This document shows positions 1-14,400 of a DNA stretch of 64,000 nt, piece by piece. The position numbers and the translations under genes are program-made. Under the pieces are notes generated by a model. That model saw nothing but the letters and a program-made list of their open reading frames with translations, was not told the DNA's origin and did no database searches. Position 1 is the stretch's first letter. Each line of letters starts with the position of its first letter. This DNA comes from Octopus bimaculoides (Eukaryota), in contig NC_069001.1 of assembly GCF_001194135.2 (NCBI RefSeq), positions 4,029,382 to 4,093,381 of the forward strand, read 5' to 3'.

Positions 1-59
1 ACCTTTTGATCTAAGATGTCTCAGTTCTGACTGACGATAACAATGAGTTGTATTACAGT

Positions 60-200
60 ATGGCTGTGCACTAAGAAGTTTGCTTGTTCCAGGTTCAATC
101 CCACTGCATAGCACCTTGGATAGGTGTCTTCTGTTATAGCTCTGGGCCGGCCAAAAGCCTTGTGAGTGGAGTTGGTAGACAGAAACTGAGAGAAGTCCAA
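60..200 (+). mobile_element. Octopus-type tRNA-derived SINE (family 'ggctgtgtggtaagaag...ggaaactgaaagaagcc'), representative copy
   Basis: The same ~150-bp sequence recurs across the window (approx. 5880-6005 minus, 6180-6335, 7048-7150, 39030-39190, 44772-44925, 46385-46465 minus, 50805-50965, 58500-58632 minus, 61215-61375). It usually ends in a microsatellite. Boundaries approximate. Confidence 0.8.
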
Positions 201-241
<41 letters not shown>

Positions 242-1571
242 CATCGAGAGGTAGGCCCTGAAATGGCGCGCATTCTCTCCTGATGACCCCATACACTTGC
301 TGGCTTCTGGTATGTGGAGCTCTTGACTGATAGCACTTACATGTGCAAGTTGTTTGCAAAGCACACATATATATATATATATATATATATAACACACACA
401 CACACGTGTATATCTATGCATGTGTGACTTTGTGTCCCTCCCATGACTACTTGGCACCGGTGTTGGTGTGTTTACATCCCTGTAACTTAGTGGTTCAGCA
501 AAAGAGACCAATAGAATAAGTACTAGGTTCCAGTATGGCTGCAGTCAAGTGACTGGAACAAATAAAAGAAAAGAGTAAAAGAATAGCCGTCCTGTCATCA
601 GTTGCTCTATTGGAACTCATCGTGGTTTTGACACCTTGCAGAAGCATTCAATCCAACAGCGCCTATACTGTGCCAAAAAAAAAAAAATAAATAAATAAAT
701 GCTACCTAAGAATTACAAGACATAAGAAACATCATAGATTTGTATGAGTGACAGAACAGCATCCAAAACAAAACATTACACAAGCATCGTTCCAAACTAA
801 CAGCCTGGCCTGGCTCTCCATCATTCACAACAAAGTGTGTTCCAGTTGGTTCGATCGGCAGAACAGCCTGTCATGAAATTAACGTGCAAGTGGCTGAGTA
901 CTCCACAGACATGCATACCCATAACGTAGTCCTCAGGGAGATTCAATGTGACACAGAATCTAACAAAGCCGGCCGTTTTGAATTACAGGTACTACTGTAT
1001 GAGTCATTGTGTTTGTTCCCCAACACCGCCTGACAATCGTTGTTGGTTTCTTTGTGTTCCTGTAACTTAGTGGTTCAGGAAATAAATGCTAAGCTCAAAA
1101 ATGAAAAACAAAAAAAAAAGACTGGGGCTCGATTTATTCAACTAAAACCCTTCAATGTGTTGCCCCAGCATGGCCACACTCCAATGACTGAAACAAACAA
1201 AAGATAACAGATAATGGTTAAACATACAGGATAAAAGGAATAAAACACTTGTTTACCAAAAACCTATTTATTAACGAGCACGAAAATGGAATTAAATGAA
1301 ACAATACAGGTTATTTACACTAGCATTAATTAAATAACCAACTAATTAAAATCAATGTAAAGAATAAAATCATAAGCCATAATTACGCCAATTAGCGAAC
1401 ACGTGTGTTTCATTTGCTGCTGAGACTAGCACAGAAAATGTACGAAACCTATCTGGAACCCCCAAATAGTAAGACAAAACTCACTTCAATAAAAGAAATA
1501 AGCAGGCTAAACAAATATTTATTTCTTTATTGCCCACAAGGGGTTAAACATAAAGGGGACAGACAAAGGGA

Positions 1572-1802
1572 TTAACCCTTTTGTTACTGTATTTATTTTG
1601 AGATGTTCTGTGTTTCTTTCAATTAATTTTAAATATAACTAAGAATTTAGTAAAATAACTTAGTTATCATTAAGCTGGTGTTAGGGTCATAAATTGTGAC
1701 TAAGGTTTGGTGGAAGATTTTAATTCAAAAGTTATGAAAATAAGACATTTGTACTACAGAGCTAGAGGCGGTTTCAGCCGGTTTGGTATCAAAAAGGGTT
1801 AA
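1572..1802. mobile_element. piggyBac-type MITE (TTAA target, CCCTTT termini)
   Basis: TTAA-CCCTTTT at 1572 and AAAAGGG-TTAA ending at 1802; no coding capacity. Confidence 0.7.
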
Positions 1803-1970
1803 GTCGATTACATCAACCCCAGTGCATAACTGGTACTTATTTAATCAACCCTGAAAGGATGAAAGACAAAGTCGACCACAGTGGAATTGGAACTCAGAAC
1901 ATAGCAACAGATGAAATACCGCTAAGCATTTCGCCTGGCGTGCTAATGATTCTGCCAGCTCGTTTGCCTT
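1803..1970 (-). mobile_element. Second SINE family ('gagctggcagaatc...gtcgactttgcctttcatcctttc'), tRNA-like head
   Basis: Homologous copies at approx. 11430-11610 (+), 37880-38022 (-), 50215-50430 (+), 50470-50620 (+), 55985-56165 (-) and 56280-56395 (-). Boundaries approximate. Confidence 0.75.
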
Positions 1971-1983
1971 GGCTAAACAGACA

Positions 1984-2212
1984 TTAACCCTTTAGCATTT
2001 AAACCGGCCATATCTGGCCAAAAGTATTTTGCCTATTCTATGTTCAAACTGGCCAGATCTGGTCTCTCACACCAACCCTACAATATCGTTTTAAAAATTA
2101 ACAGCTACCTCATCAAAATCTCATAGCTACGAGTTAATGCATGATTAGTTCAAAACAATGTGGATAAAAAAGCATTAATTATGGCAGAATAATGTGAACA
2201 CTAAAGGGTTAA
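1984..2212. mobile_element. piggyBac-type MITE
   Basis: TTAA-CCCTTTAG ... CTAAAGGG-TTAA terminal inverted repeats. Confidence 0.7.
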
Positions 2213-2594
2213 ACCAGTGCTTAATAAACAAAATTAAATAAGAGGAATAAACAGATAAACACTATTGCATGTTAAATCTATATCTTAACCACAACTAGAA
2301 TGGAACTAAATTAAATAAAATGAAAAAAGCATCACTGTAGTATTAGATAATACAAGGTGTCCATAAATTAATAGCTTTGCAATTTAAAAAAATTAAGGAA
2401 AAGATGAAATATAAAGATAATACAGCAGAGTATAATTGGAAAACATAAGGAAACAAATAAAGTTATATTAGGGACTTGTAGGGACATGCTATTTCGTTAT
2501 GCAACCATAATATACAACTAAATATATTAAACATCTTTCTAAGTTAACACTATGTTCTACTGTGTTAGCAGTGCTATCACATCACTTGTTAATG

Positions 2595-2794
2595 TTATCT
2601 CTACAGATTTTTTATAGAAATTATAGAAATTATAGCCAGCACCGATTGTTTTGTCATGATGGCTTTGTGTCCGAGAGGCCTGACGTAAACAACGAGATCG
2701 ATTTCATTGTTGTTTACATCAGGCATCTTGGATACAAAGTGTCGTAACAAAATTATCATAGGCCATAATTTCTATAGAAAATTTGTAAAGATAA
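2595..2794. mobile_element. MITE-like inverted-repeat element
   Basis: ttatctctacagatttt..tatagaaattat is inverted as ataatttctatagaaaatttgtaaagataa. Confidence 0.5.
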
Positions 2795-2874
2795 TCTTCG
2801 CATATGATGTAGTGGTTAAGAGTGCGGGCTACTAACCCCAAGATTCCGAGTTCGATTCCAGACAGTCTTGAACA

Positions 2875-3038
2875 GGTACTACTTAAATACAGAGGTCCTG
2901 ACTCATCTACGCAACCCTATCTCTAGTTAACCGTAAAACTAACCCTAACCTTATAACTAACCCTAACCCTAACGAGTGCGCACTGTAAAAGCATATCATT
3001 ACGTAGATGCATCGGGACGTCTGTATTTAAGTAGTACC
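2875..3038. mobile_element. Non-autonomous DNA transposon (Merlin- or hAT-like), 19-bp TIR and 8-bp TSD
   Basis: TIRs GGTACTACTTAAATACAGA / TCTGTATTTAAGTAGTACC, flanked by the direct repeat CTTGAACA (2867-2874, 3039-3046). It interrupts a tRNA-like SINE head starting ~2806. Confidence 0.7.
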
Positions 3039-6000
3039 CTTGAACACCTGTACAATGGATTGTCTTTAATGTAGCCCCATAAGAAGTGTAGAGGGGTTAT
3101 ATTTGGTGACCTAAGTGACCAGGGAACTGGATCACCTCTTCTGATTCACCAGTTTGGGAAAGTTTCATTAAGAAACACTCAACCCCCCCCCCCATTAGTT
3201 GCAAGCAAAACACATCTGATGATAAATTGTAGAAGTTGTAAAAATGATTTATGAACACTGTAAATCATTGCAAACAATGCAAAGACAATCACAAATCTAA
3301 ATCACACCCGATAGATCGCAAACATGTTGCATGTAACAGCAGGACCGTCCCAATGTGTGTGTGTGTGTGTGTGCATACACATATGAATGTATGGATGTAT
3401 CTTTTGCAAAATGTATGAAAGAAGAATGTAAGCATTGTCACAGGAACTGAAAAATCAGTGATTTTTTTTTTTTTTNNNNNNNNNNNNNNNNNNNNNNNNN
3501 NNNNNNNNNNNNNNNNNNNNNNNNNNNNNNNNNNNNNNNNNNNNNNNNNNNNNNNNNNNNNNNNNNNNNNNNNNNNNNNNNNNNNNNNNNNNNNNNNNNN
3601 NNNNNNNNNNNNNNNNNNNNNNNNNNNNNNNNNNNNNNNNNNNNNNNNNNNNNNNNNNNNNNNNNNNNNNNNNNNNNNNNNNNNNNNNNNNNNNNNNNNN
3701 NNNNNNNNNNNNNNNNNNNNNNNNNNNNNNNNNNNNNNNNNNNNNNNNNNNNNNNNNNNNNNNNNNNNNNNNNNNNNNNNNNNNNNNNNNNNNNNNNNNN
3801 NNNNNNNNNNNNNNNNNNNNNNNNNNNNNNNNNNNNNNNNNNNNNNNNNNNNNNNNNNNNNNNNNNNNNNNNNNNNNNNNNNNNNNNNNNNNNNNNNNNN
3901 NNNNNNNNNNNNNNNNNNNNNNNNNNNNNNNNNNNNNNNNNNNNNNNNNNNNNNNNNNNNNNNNNNNNNNNNNNNNNNNNNNNNNNNNNNNNNNNNNNNN
4001 NNNNNNNNNNNNNNNNNNNNNNNNNNNNNNNNNNNNNNNNNNNNNNNNNNNNNNNNNNNNNNNNNNNNNNNNNNNNNNNNNNNNNNNNNNNNNNNNNNNN
4101 NNNNNNNNNNNNNNNNNNNNNNNNNNNNNNNNNNNNNNNNNNNNNNNNNNNNNNNNNTATATCAATGTTTGCTTTTATGTTATAATATAAAATTAATTTA
4201 CATTCCTCTGACAATGGCTTAGCTGGCTGAAACTTTGAAGTCACTGTCAACAACATTCTTATACTGGACGGGAGGTGATAAATGCCTCCCCTTAAATTTT
4301 CAATTTTATGTTCTTGTCTTTTTTTTTTTTTTTTTAATTCATAAAGCAACATCGACAACTACAACATTATCATGGTTATTAATGAAATTTCCTCCGAGAT
4401 AAAAACTGGCCAATCTAGAATACATTAAACGGGATGATAAAGAGCCAGAGGTAAACAATGTCACCGATGTCGAAAGATAACGGTAATGAATTCCATGAAA
4501 CATATGTGGGTGTATTTGTGTGTGCGTGTGTATGCATGTATACATAAATGAATATAAATACATATAAAATATATATAAGTGAAATTGAAGCACTAAGCAG
4601 TAATGTGTATAAATATAAACTTGTTACCAGTTGAAATATGCTTGAGGCTTATTCAAACCCGAAAGAAAGCCATTACTCTATTTTCTCTCCTGACAAAATA
4701 GAGTGAATGACTTTCTTACAGGCTTGAGTGTGCCTCAAACATATTTCAACTCATAACAAGTGTGTGCATGTGTATTCTTTTATTCGTTTACTTGTTTCAG
4801 TTGTTTGACTGCAGCCATGCTGGAGCACTGCCTTGAAGGGTTTTAGTCAAACAAATCGACCCCAGGACTTATTTTCTAGGACCCCTTGTCTAAAAGGCAC
4901 AAATGGGTTTGTGTAAGGCCAACACCTCCACCTTGAAAAATGCAAAGTTACAGAAACATCAATGACAACTGGAAACCAAAACCTCTGGGACAGAAAGGCC
5001 TTCCCTCGAGGAACCTGGAACCAACCAGGGAGGCAAGAGAGAGGATACCCTAAAAATAGCCGGAGGCAGAGCTGGAAAAGCGGGATAGTACTGGATAGAA
5101 GCAGAAAAGATGGCCTGGAGTTGAGAGCAGTAGAGAAAAGTTGTCAATGGCCTAGACTCAATAGGAAACAAAGTGTTTCAGTAAGTAAATCGTGTTTTAA
5201 TCATTTAGTTCTAGATACTTCCATTCTGTGTTCTCTGGCCATAATTCATCTCTGACATTAAGTGCAACCAGCAAGTAAAAGGTTTTATTTAACAACACCT
5301 CTCCCCTTCCTTCTTCAAGCCTAATATCTATTTCAATTGGTTGCAGAGCCTGATGAGTGGAGGGAGAGGACGACAAAAACAGTAGTGGTTGTAGCGGTGG
5401 TTGCAGTAGTGGTGATGAATGAAACAATAAAAAATCCCCCCTCCTCCTCCTGTGTTCGTCATTTCATTGTGAATGAAACTAAATAACACACTTGACAGCT
5501 GTATTTCTCTTAATTTATTTCAACAATTCTCACTGGACACTAATAATCAAACAAAAAAGATGGACTGGTGGATAGCTGGATGGATGGTCAGTAGTCAGCC
5601 ACAGCTTCTACAGGATTACAACAACTCAATATCATCATCATCATCATCATCATGCATGTGTCAAACAAATTCTGTTGAGGCAGATTTTCTACAGTTGGAT
5701 GCCCTTCCTGTCACTAACCCTCACTTGTTTCCAAGTAAGGTAATATTTCCTCAACGCCAGACATGCTTTTCATGGAAGACTGGGAAATGAAGGACAACTA
5801 CTTGTATGATGGTCACACTCTTTTACAACTATCATGTGGTGTTGAACAAAAAGGATTTTTTTTTCAACTTCCATCTGCTAAATCCACTCACGAGGCTTTG
5901 GTTGGCTCAGGGCCACAGTAGAAAACACTTGTCCAGGTGGCATACAGTAGGATTGAACTTGAGACCACATGGTTGGGAAGCAAGCTTCTTAACCACACAG

Positions 6001-7269
6001 CCATACCTAAAATATTTAGATATAGAACAGAACACAGCCAAGTTTACTAAATATGTTAGAAATAGAAAGCCAAATTTCACTTGTATCATTCCCTTTTGGT
6101 TCTAAGCCGTCTGAGACAGCTTCTGGTTCTAGGATACAACAAGCCATGCATTTTCACCAGTCCTACATACACTGTCCAGATGTGGCTGTGTGGTAAGAAG
6201 TTTGCTTCCCAACCACATGGTTCTAGGTTCAGTCCCACTATGAAGCACCTTGAGCAAGTGTTTCCTAGTATAGTGTCAAGCCAACCAAAGCCTTTGTGAG
6301 TGGAATTGGTAGATGGAAACTGAAAGAAGCCCATTGTATGTATGAGGTAGTGCTGAAAAGTTCCTGGCTTTCACATAGTCAAAAATTAGGTCTAACAAGA
6401 AAAAAAAAAGAAAAAAAATCCTCACTGGATAGGATGCCAGTCTTCTACAAGGTTAACTTCCCAGCTACATTTCTGGAACTTGTTTATAGGTGAGTGGACT
6501 GGAGCAACGTGAAATGAAGTATTTTGCTCAAGGACACATAACACACTGCCCAGTCTGGGAATTGAAACCACAATCTTACAATCAAGAGTGTAACATCCTA
6601 ACCACTGGGCCACATGAGTTCACCAGTCCTAGACACACTCCCTCCCACACTCACACCAAAAGCGGAAAAGACGCTTGTGGCTGGAACACCTTTGATCATG
6701 GGGTTTCCGAGCAGGAGCTGACCTTGGGGGTCAACAGCAAGTGTAAGCTTACATTCTTGACATAGCCAAGACTTGAGGTCTTGTCTTAAAAAAAGGCCAG
6801 ACTTCCTTTAGCCAGTCAGAAAATACTGAACATTCCAGGACAGCTGGCTGCTAATTCTTCTACCAATCACTACACAGGTGAAACAAAGTAGGGGTTGGGA
6901 GTGGGACATAGTAAAGGACACCCACTAATGTTCACCTTGCTGGCTTTAGTGTCCAATAATGGTTGGTTGGTTGGTTGGAAAATTACATATGTATAATCTT
7001 CATCATGTATCAAGAAAATTGCCATAATCAAGGTATAAATTACGCCATGGCTGTGTGGTAAGAAGTTTGCTTCCCAACCACATAGTTCTGGGTTCAGTCC
7101 TACTGCATGGCACCTTGGGCAAGAGTGTTCTACTATAGCCTCATGCTGACCAATTCCATATGTAAATGTCTTATTTATGTGAAGTATACATAGGAGTTGA
7201 AAATTCTGGAAATATTATCTGCAGAGTAATTGTATATAAAAATCAAATGACTGGATGAATTCTTTGTTA

Positions 7270-7425
7270 TTATTTATTCATCATTACACATGTTTCATTT
7301 GCCAATAAGAAATGCAAAATCACGCATGTAATATATCTCTTATTAGAAATTCTTCAGAGCGTTATCCCACACATACAGTTTTGTAACTCCTATTAGCAAA
7401 TGAAACATGTGTAATGATGAATAAC
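7270..7425. mobile_element. MITE-like inverted-repeat element
   Basis: ttattcatcattacacatgtttcatttg is inverted as caaatgaaacatgtgtaatgatgaataa. Boundaries approximate. Confidence 0.5.
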
Positions 7426-8419
7426 TAACATCAAAACATTTTTCCAATCTCCTGTTTTGACATACATATATGTTAGTTGTAATACAGAAAGATTATCTTA
7501 GAAAGCTAATAAACCCATGATTAAAATTAATGTTTATTTCTTGTGTTCTAACGAAGCAATACTACCTGTGATATCTAATTTCATTTTCTTGGACAGCAAG
7601 CATTAATTTAGGTTACTCTTCTCGATTACACAGTATCGTTAGCAGTGAAGAGCAAACATTAAACATTTAGATGTACTTATGTGGTCAACAGAAAAAGGAA
7701 TAAATCATTTTTAGCTTTTTTATGTTGTTCAGATTTTTAAGTTATTTACAATAAATGTTGGTGAAATATTAGTAAGAACCTGACAATGGTATGTTGCTGC
7801 ATCAGCAGACTTCTATTTCAAGATTTAGTTTTGAGCATTTCATAAGTTATGTAGGTGTTACCTGAAAAAAATTCCTTTTGATGAATTGCCCTACCTACAA
7901 AACAAAACAGGCAAATATTATAATAATAATAATAATCATCAGCATCATTGTTTTAACATTCACTTTTCTATATTTGCATGGATCAGATGGGATTTAATAA
8001 GGCAGATTTTCTATAGCTGTATGCCCTTCCTGTCGTCAACTTTCATCTGTTTCTGAGTGGGGTAACATTTCCCCATGGCCAAATGATTTTGCAGAATATT
8101 GGAAATGAATGACATTCATTTATAACAATCACATGATATCGAGTAAACACAACCACACACACATTCACACAAAAATGCATACAAATATGGTGTTGGAACT
8201 CTCAGCTTACAATAAACACGTCGCTCTCAACCCCTTTGCATTACGTGTCCTTACACCCACAGTTGGTCCTCTAAACCAGTGTTTCTCAGCTATTTCTACC
8301 TGTGGATAAAACTACTTTTATAGATACTACTTTAAAATTTCCTATTTTGTTTCCCCCTCCCCCCATTCACTTGTGTAAGTTTGCAATAAAACTCTCTGAC
8401 AGAACATGCTTCAGTGGAT

Positions 8420-9454
8420 GGAAACATGTTGAACTATGTAAACCATTAAAGAAACAACCGAGCTGTTTCTTGCAATAAATACACCCAAAGCAAAATTTCT
8501 TTCATGGACCCTTAAAACACTACTGTGAATCCCTAATTTACTATGTTGCTTGCATGGCACCCCAACAGGGACATATGGACTTTGTTTGATCCCCACTGCT
8601 TTAAAGTGATTACTGCATGAGCTCCTTGAGATAGACACACAAACTCACAAGCTGCTTAGTGTTACTGGAGATGAAGACAGGCTATACCTCCGACATAAGG
8701 ATGGTGGCTGATGTCTTAAGTCTGTATTGTAATGCTGAAGTAACTTCTACAGAAGGGAAATGAAGCCAGTAACTACCTTGCCCAAACTTTGCAAGAGTGA
8801 AAACAGCAATATCATTAGGATCAGTAAGAAACCTGAAAAGAGGCACAAAGTAAGAGTTGATGTAGATCTCACTCCGAGAAGCCTTGGTTATTTCTATTTA
8901 TCAGAACAATAAAAAATAATGGACAAGTTCACTGAGAGCATAATGCACAAAAGACAAAAGCCATATAGGGAATAAATCAAATGAAAAACTTGGCACGGAG
9001 TGCTGACAAGTTTATGACAGACCACTTTGAAAGCAACCTCCATGCAATTGAAGAACAAGAGGTCACCACCAAGTACCCGCTGCTTAAAAGGCAGAAAACA
9101 TTAACGAACAATAATTATAGGTTGTGCAAAACTATAACAGAAGACAGCAACTACATCATAGCCAACAGTGAGAGAATGTCTTCTAGGTCTTATCTTCCCA
9201 TGAGGTATGATGATGCAGTGGCCAGAACAGTCTGGAACAGAATAGGTAAAATGAAAATACTAACAGACAAAGTTGATTGTATTGAGACCAATGGGTCAAA
9301 AGGATATGGGTGGAACTTTAACAATTCAAACAGCCACCAAGTTAAAAGACCAGCTAGATATTGTTGTGGAATCACAAGAAATAAAGATGCCGTTATGGAA
9401 ATCAGCTGTTCTGGATACATGGGTTTGAATACAGAATGCAAGATGCCAAAATAA
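8420..9454 (+). mobile_element. Decayed non-LTR retrotransposon with restriction-like endonuclease (3' part)
   Basis: ORF 8981-9454 has a degenerate zinc knuckle (RLCKTITEDSNYIIANSERMSSRSYLPMRYDDAVARTVW). A frameshifted RPDIVV-like motif follows. Upstream frames contain stops. Confidence 0.55.
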
Positions 9455-10946
9455 ATACCTCAATGCCACTTCGTTTAATTATCTATACTTATGCCATTGA
9501 GCCAATTTTGTTATTGCACTGTTGCACTCTTTTTTTTTTTTTAAATCAGTAGAGAAAAGTTTGTTTGAGAGAGAGAGAGAGAGATGTAAACAGAAATCTT
9601 ATTTTGTCGTCCTATTGTCGTTAAGTTCAATTCAGCAATGTAAACTCCCCGCTCGTCCTCCTCCATGCAGCTAGTCTTCATTAATTAAACTTATCCCGCT
9701 GACCACATTAAGTGTGTAGGTGATTTATCAAGCCCGACATCAATGGTTATGATAGTGATGACACAACAGTAGGGTAGTACGTAGGTAGAGGCAGCGGTTA
9801 ATATGTATAAGTTTGCAGGGAGTTATTCTAAATATGACCTTAAACATTACTACATCAATAGAGAGGATCGTTATTTCAAAGAGGAGACCAACAAACAGAG
9901 ATAAAGAGAAAAGGGGACAAGGAAAAGAACCTAATAGAATTAGTTCTGTGGGACTGTAATTTCTGAACCGGCAAAATGTACAAAATTTCCATTTTCCAAC
10001 GTCGAAATATTAATTATCTTGAGTCTACTGTTTATCACTAATAGAAGAAATAATTATGCAAATTTGTTTATTGCGCGCGCGTGTGTGTGTGTGTGTGTGT
10101 GCGTCTCGTGTGTACCCAGTGCATGTGTGTAATGGTGTGTGAATACGTGCGTGTGTGTATGCCAGTGTGTGAAATTATGCGTGTATATATGTGTATAATC
10201 AGTGCGTGTGTACGTGTATGATGAGTGTGTGTGTGTGAAGATGTGTGCATGCGTGTATATGATCAATGCGTTTGAGAGACTGTGTGAATACATGTGTGTG
10301 CATGTCTGACTGCGTATACGTATGAATGTGAATACATATATGTATGTGTGTGAGAATGCATACGCGTGTTTGTCATCATACACACACACACGTGAAATCT
10401 ACAGTATATTTTATTTACACCCGGCACAGTCACGTCAACGAAAACCGTGTCTTTGGATTTTTCCATACACTACAATGACAAAGCCAAAATTATTCAGTTA
10501 ATTGCCGTCACGCAAACAACTGAACTTACAGTTTGACCTCCCATAATATATAAATAAACAAACTAAATAAAACGAGACTTCCCCCCCACCTTCTTTTGTG
10601 ACAGTTATACGAAGATGGATGTCAAATACGTCAAACAGAAACTACACGTAGGTGACAATAACGAAGATTGAAATATGGTAATTTTGATCTCTTAACGGTT
10701 TAACATATTAAAGACGATAGGTCGGAGGCGGGGAGGGAGAGAACGAATCTAGCAAAACACATAAATATAAGCATAACTATTTATACATACACATACATAT
10801 ATAGATCACATATATACATGCGTTAATACACACATACACACATTTATGTATGAATTTTGTTGTTTTGTTTTTCCTTTCAGCAGTTTCAGCTCCAGAGCTG
10901 AGGCCATGCTGGAGCGCCGTCGTTAGCTTTAGTATACTTTCTTTCA

Positions 10947-11411
10947 CTATTTGAAACTTCCTCTAAAATATGGCATTTTGATGTTACCTGTCCTCAACTG
11001 TGTTTCTTTGACAGGAGGAAATCCAGTTCTGTTTTGAAGACATCTACATCCAACCCATGTAGGTGTCTCAGGTTTTGGGGGGAGGATACTGAAAAGCTGT
11101 GAGCCCTTGGAACCCAAGCTGTTGCAGACTCTGGTTCTCTTTCCTAATAGCACTGTTGGGATCTTTGACAATATGCAGTGGTACCCCGTTCTGCAGTTTG
11201 TGTAACTTTCAACGCCAAAGTTTGATACAAATCCTTCCAGGATTTCCCAGATGCATATCACTACATATCTTTCTCGCCTTCGTTCTAGGGAGTAGAATAT
11301 GAACTTTTTCGGTCTCTCACAGTAGCTAACGTGTCGCACTGAGACGATCTTCCTTGTGAACTTTCGCCGGATTACTTCGAATTCCCTCGTTAATTTTACA
11401 GTGGAGGTCAT
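10947..11411 (-). mobile_element. CR1/L2-group LINE fragment (C-terminal end of ORF2)
   Basis: EVIRRKFTRKI..VSYCER..FYSLERRRERYVVICIWEILEG matches the typical LE.VQR.FTR.I..LSY.ERL..LYSLERRR.R motif downstream of the RT domain. Confidence 0.7.
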
Positions 11412-14400
11412 CGTAGTTGCGAAGCGAACTTCTTTAGCATGCTGGGCTTAGCGGTATTTCGACCGTCTTTACGTTCTGAGTTCAAATTCCGCCGTGGTCG
11501 ACTTTGCCTTTCATAATTTCAGGGTCGATAAAATAAATATCACTTGAGTGTTGGGGGCTAATGTAATCGACTTACCCCCTACCCCGAACTTGCTGGTCTT
11601 GTGCCAAAACTTTCAACCTATATCAATGGGTCTCAGTCAAAATTTTCAACCATGTGTTTTCAGTTATGCGATCAATTGAAAAATTGGGCGAATTGAATTG
11701 ATGTTGAAGTGGCAGCGTGTTCTGCAGATACGTGTGCCTTGAACGTAATTCTCAAGCAGAAATCAGTGTGACAAGGCTAAAGCTTTTGATTACAGATACG
11801 ATCCTTCCAGTTGTTTCCAAACAAATGCTGTCTGCCCAGTTTCACTCACAAGGTTGAACGGAGGCTGCATAAAATGACAAGGGCCTAAGAAATCACGCTG
11901 AGTCACCGTGGTGTATATATACATACATACTGCGCTGGACTAACCATTAAACAAAATAATTATGTTCTTAGGGCATCAAAGAGAAGAGAGGCACCACAGA
12001 AATGGTAAATGGTTTACGGCACAAAAGAAATCACTTTAAACTTGCTAAAATAATATTCAGGATTCCTTTTCTCTCCTAAGTATAGAAGCAGATGTGTGTT
12101 ACATGAGATTAATTTTGAAGGTCTGATCAAAGACAAAATAGTAGAAAACTTTTCAAATATAAAGTGAAAGTATAAAAAAAAAAACAAATATTTTCTTACT
12201 GTTAGTTTTGTTTTATTTTAAAAAATATAAATTTATTTTATGGTTTAATATTGTTTATATTTTGAATTATGAGTGCACCAAACATTTCTAAGTGCATAGG
12301 GCTTGTATGGGTCTTAATCCAGCCCTATCTATCTATCTGTCTGTCTATCTATCTACCTATAGGCATAGCTACACAAGTGTGATACCCAGGTACGACGACT
12401 TTATTTCTTCATAACTTTCAGAAAGATGGACATTTTTTTTAAATGATATTTTCTACAAATACCTTTCACATGGTGTAGGTTCCGACTACATACTAACTTT
12501 TGCTGCATTAACTTTAATCGGTAGAATGTGCCGAACACGAAATGTTCTACCCCTGAGTCAATTTTGTAACTTACAATCAATTAAAAATAGTAAAACAAAA
12601 TACACACACATACATTCAGTTTATTTCTCCTGTTCTAACACACACACACGTGTATGTCTGTATTATGAGTGTGAATGCATTTAAACTTACGGATAACTTT
12701 TTTGATAATCATACAATTTAATTATACGTGCGCGCGCGCACAGACGTGATATAAACATGCAGATACTTACACATGTCTACGCGTTGTTATGTGCATGCAT
12801 TTAGTTATCTTCAAGTTATATATTCAGATTGTATGATATTTATACATATAACAATTATACAATCTCAGAAAATAACAGTATTCTTAAAGAAGATTAAATA
12901 AGAAAAATACCAAGATCATACTGAACATTTTCAAAATCTGAAACAACACTGCACTAAAGGTCCTTATTGCAAACTTGTAGTATCCGATTTCCAATTATAT
13001 ATGAAGATATAAATTTAAAAAAAAAAACATTGCCATTTATTTACACTATAAAGACACACGTTGTTATTTTATTCCTGTTTCGTTTTTGTTCGGCTACCCC
13101 CACCCACTCAAGAATATAAATACGGGTGGTTTGTAATAAGTCGGGTAAGTCGGAGATTTTGGATGGATGGATACATAGAGTGATGTTCGGTTAAGTGGTG
13201 GGATGAACACTATAAAAAAAATAAGTACTCTATCCAGCGAGAGGTAAATATTGAACATACACAGGGTTTTTAGTGACTTATAGTAGATCAATCTTAAATC
13301 CTATGTATATTTAATGAGATATAAATATATATATATAATTCATGGCCACGTCTTTCGTGCTATTGTTTAACGCTCGGTTAGCCCTGATAGAGTAGAGCTA
13401 TAATTAAAGGGATCCCATCTCATTTTAGTGCGTCTACCCATTGACTTTTCTCTTTTAAGACAGTAAAATATTTGAGATTCAGATGTCTTAGGTTTTCCCC
13501 CCCCCCCCTTTTTAGCCGGTCGAACGACCACAAAGAAACAGGCTCCTATCATCATTAGCTAGACAGACATCAAGCTAATAACTCATGCAACTGAGTCATT
13601 TTAAACTAAACATGACATTGGACTTGTACTTTTGCAGTAATTTTCCATATAACAAGCCCTAAACAATTGTATCGATACGAGGCTTCATTGACTCATCGAT
13701 ACTGAAATGATCTTAACTTTCCACCAAAAAAGTAGTGTTGTCCTCTCACAGAAAGAAAATGAAGGCATTTGTGAAGAGGGATAAATTAATAAGGCAGCGG
13801 AAATTTCCCAAGTGTATATTTGAAGATATCAGGAACTGAGCCAAACATTCTGAACATCAAAAAGCATGTATAATGAGGAGGTCTTTCGTAAAATGTAGTT
13901 AAAATATATATGTTGAAATAAAAATAAATAAAATTATAACAAGCCTATACATATTTTGGAATGAAAAACGAGGGGCGGGGAACTTTCAAAAACAACTATA
14001 TAATAATTATTACAAGACAGTCCCAGCTTTATATATGTATAAATTTCACAATTAAAAAAATATTAGCAATAGTTCTGAATATAATAGTTCTCCTGGTTCT
14101 TTTAAACAGTAAATGGTATTCTCTCAGAAACCATCTACAAGTGGATATACAGGGAACTTTACAGAAAACCTTATTTTAATTTTATTCCAAGGCAGCTTGA
14201 CCGACGTTATTCAACTGAGCACATTGAAATTTAGATCAGGACGTAAACATTGCAGTAAAAACAACGGATTACTAATGTATACCCTTTCAAAAAGCACAAT
14301 ATGTAGTTTGTGTTTAGAACTCGTCTTTTCTAGACTTTATAACTTATAAAAAGTGTTTATCTAAAGCGATACAAAAAATTATAAACAAATGCATTAGGAG

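Noticed and set aside
2806-2866. tRNA-like sequence (gtagtggttaag...gttcgattcc)
   Set aside because: A and B boxes are present, but there is no complete cloverleaf or acceptor stem; it is a SINE head.
2930-2975. TAACCC telomere-like repeats
   Set aside because: Only a few degenerate units inside a MITE; not an interstitial telomere array.
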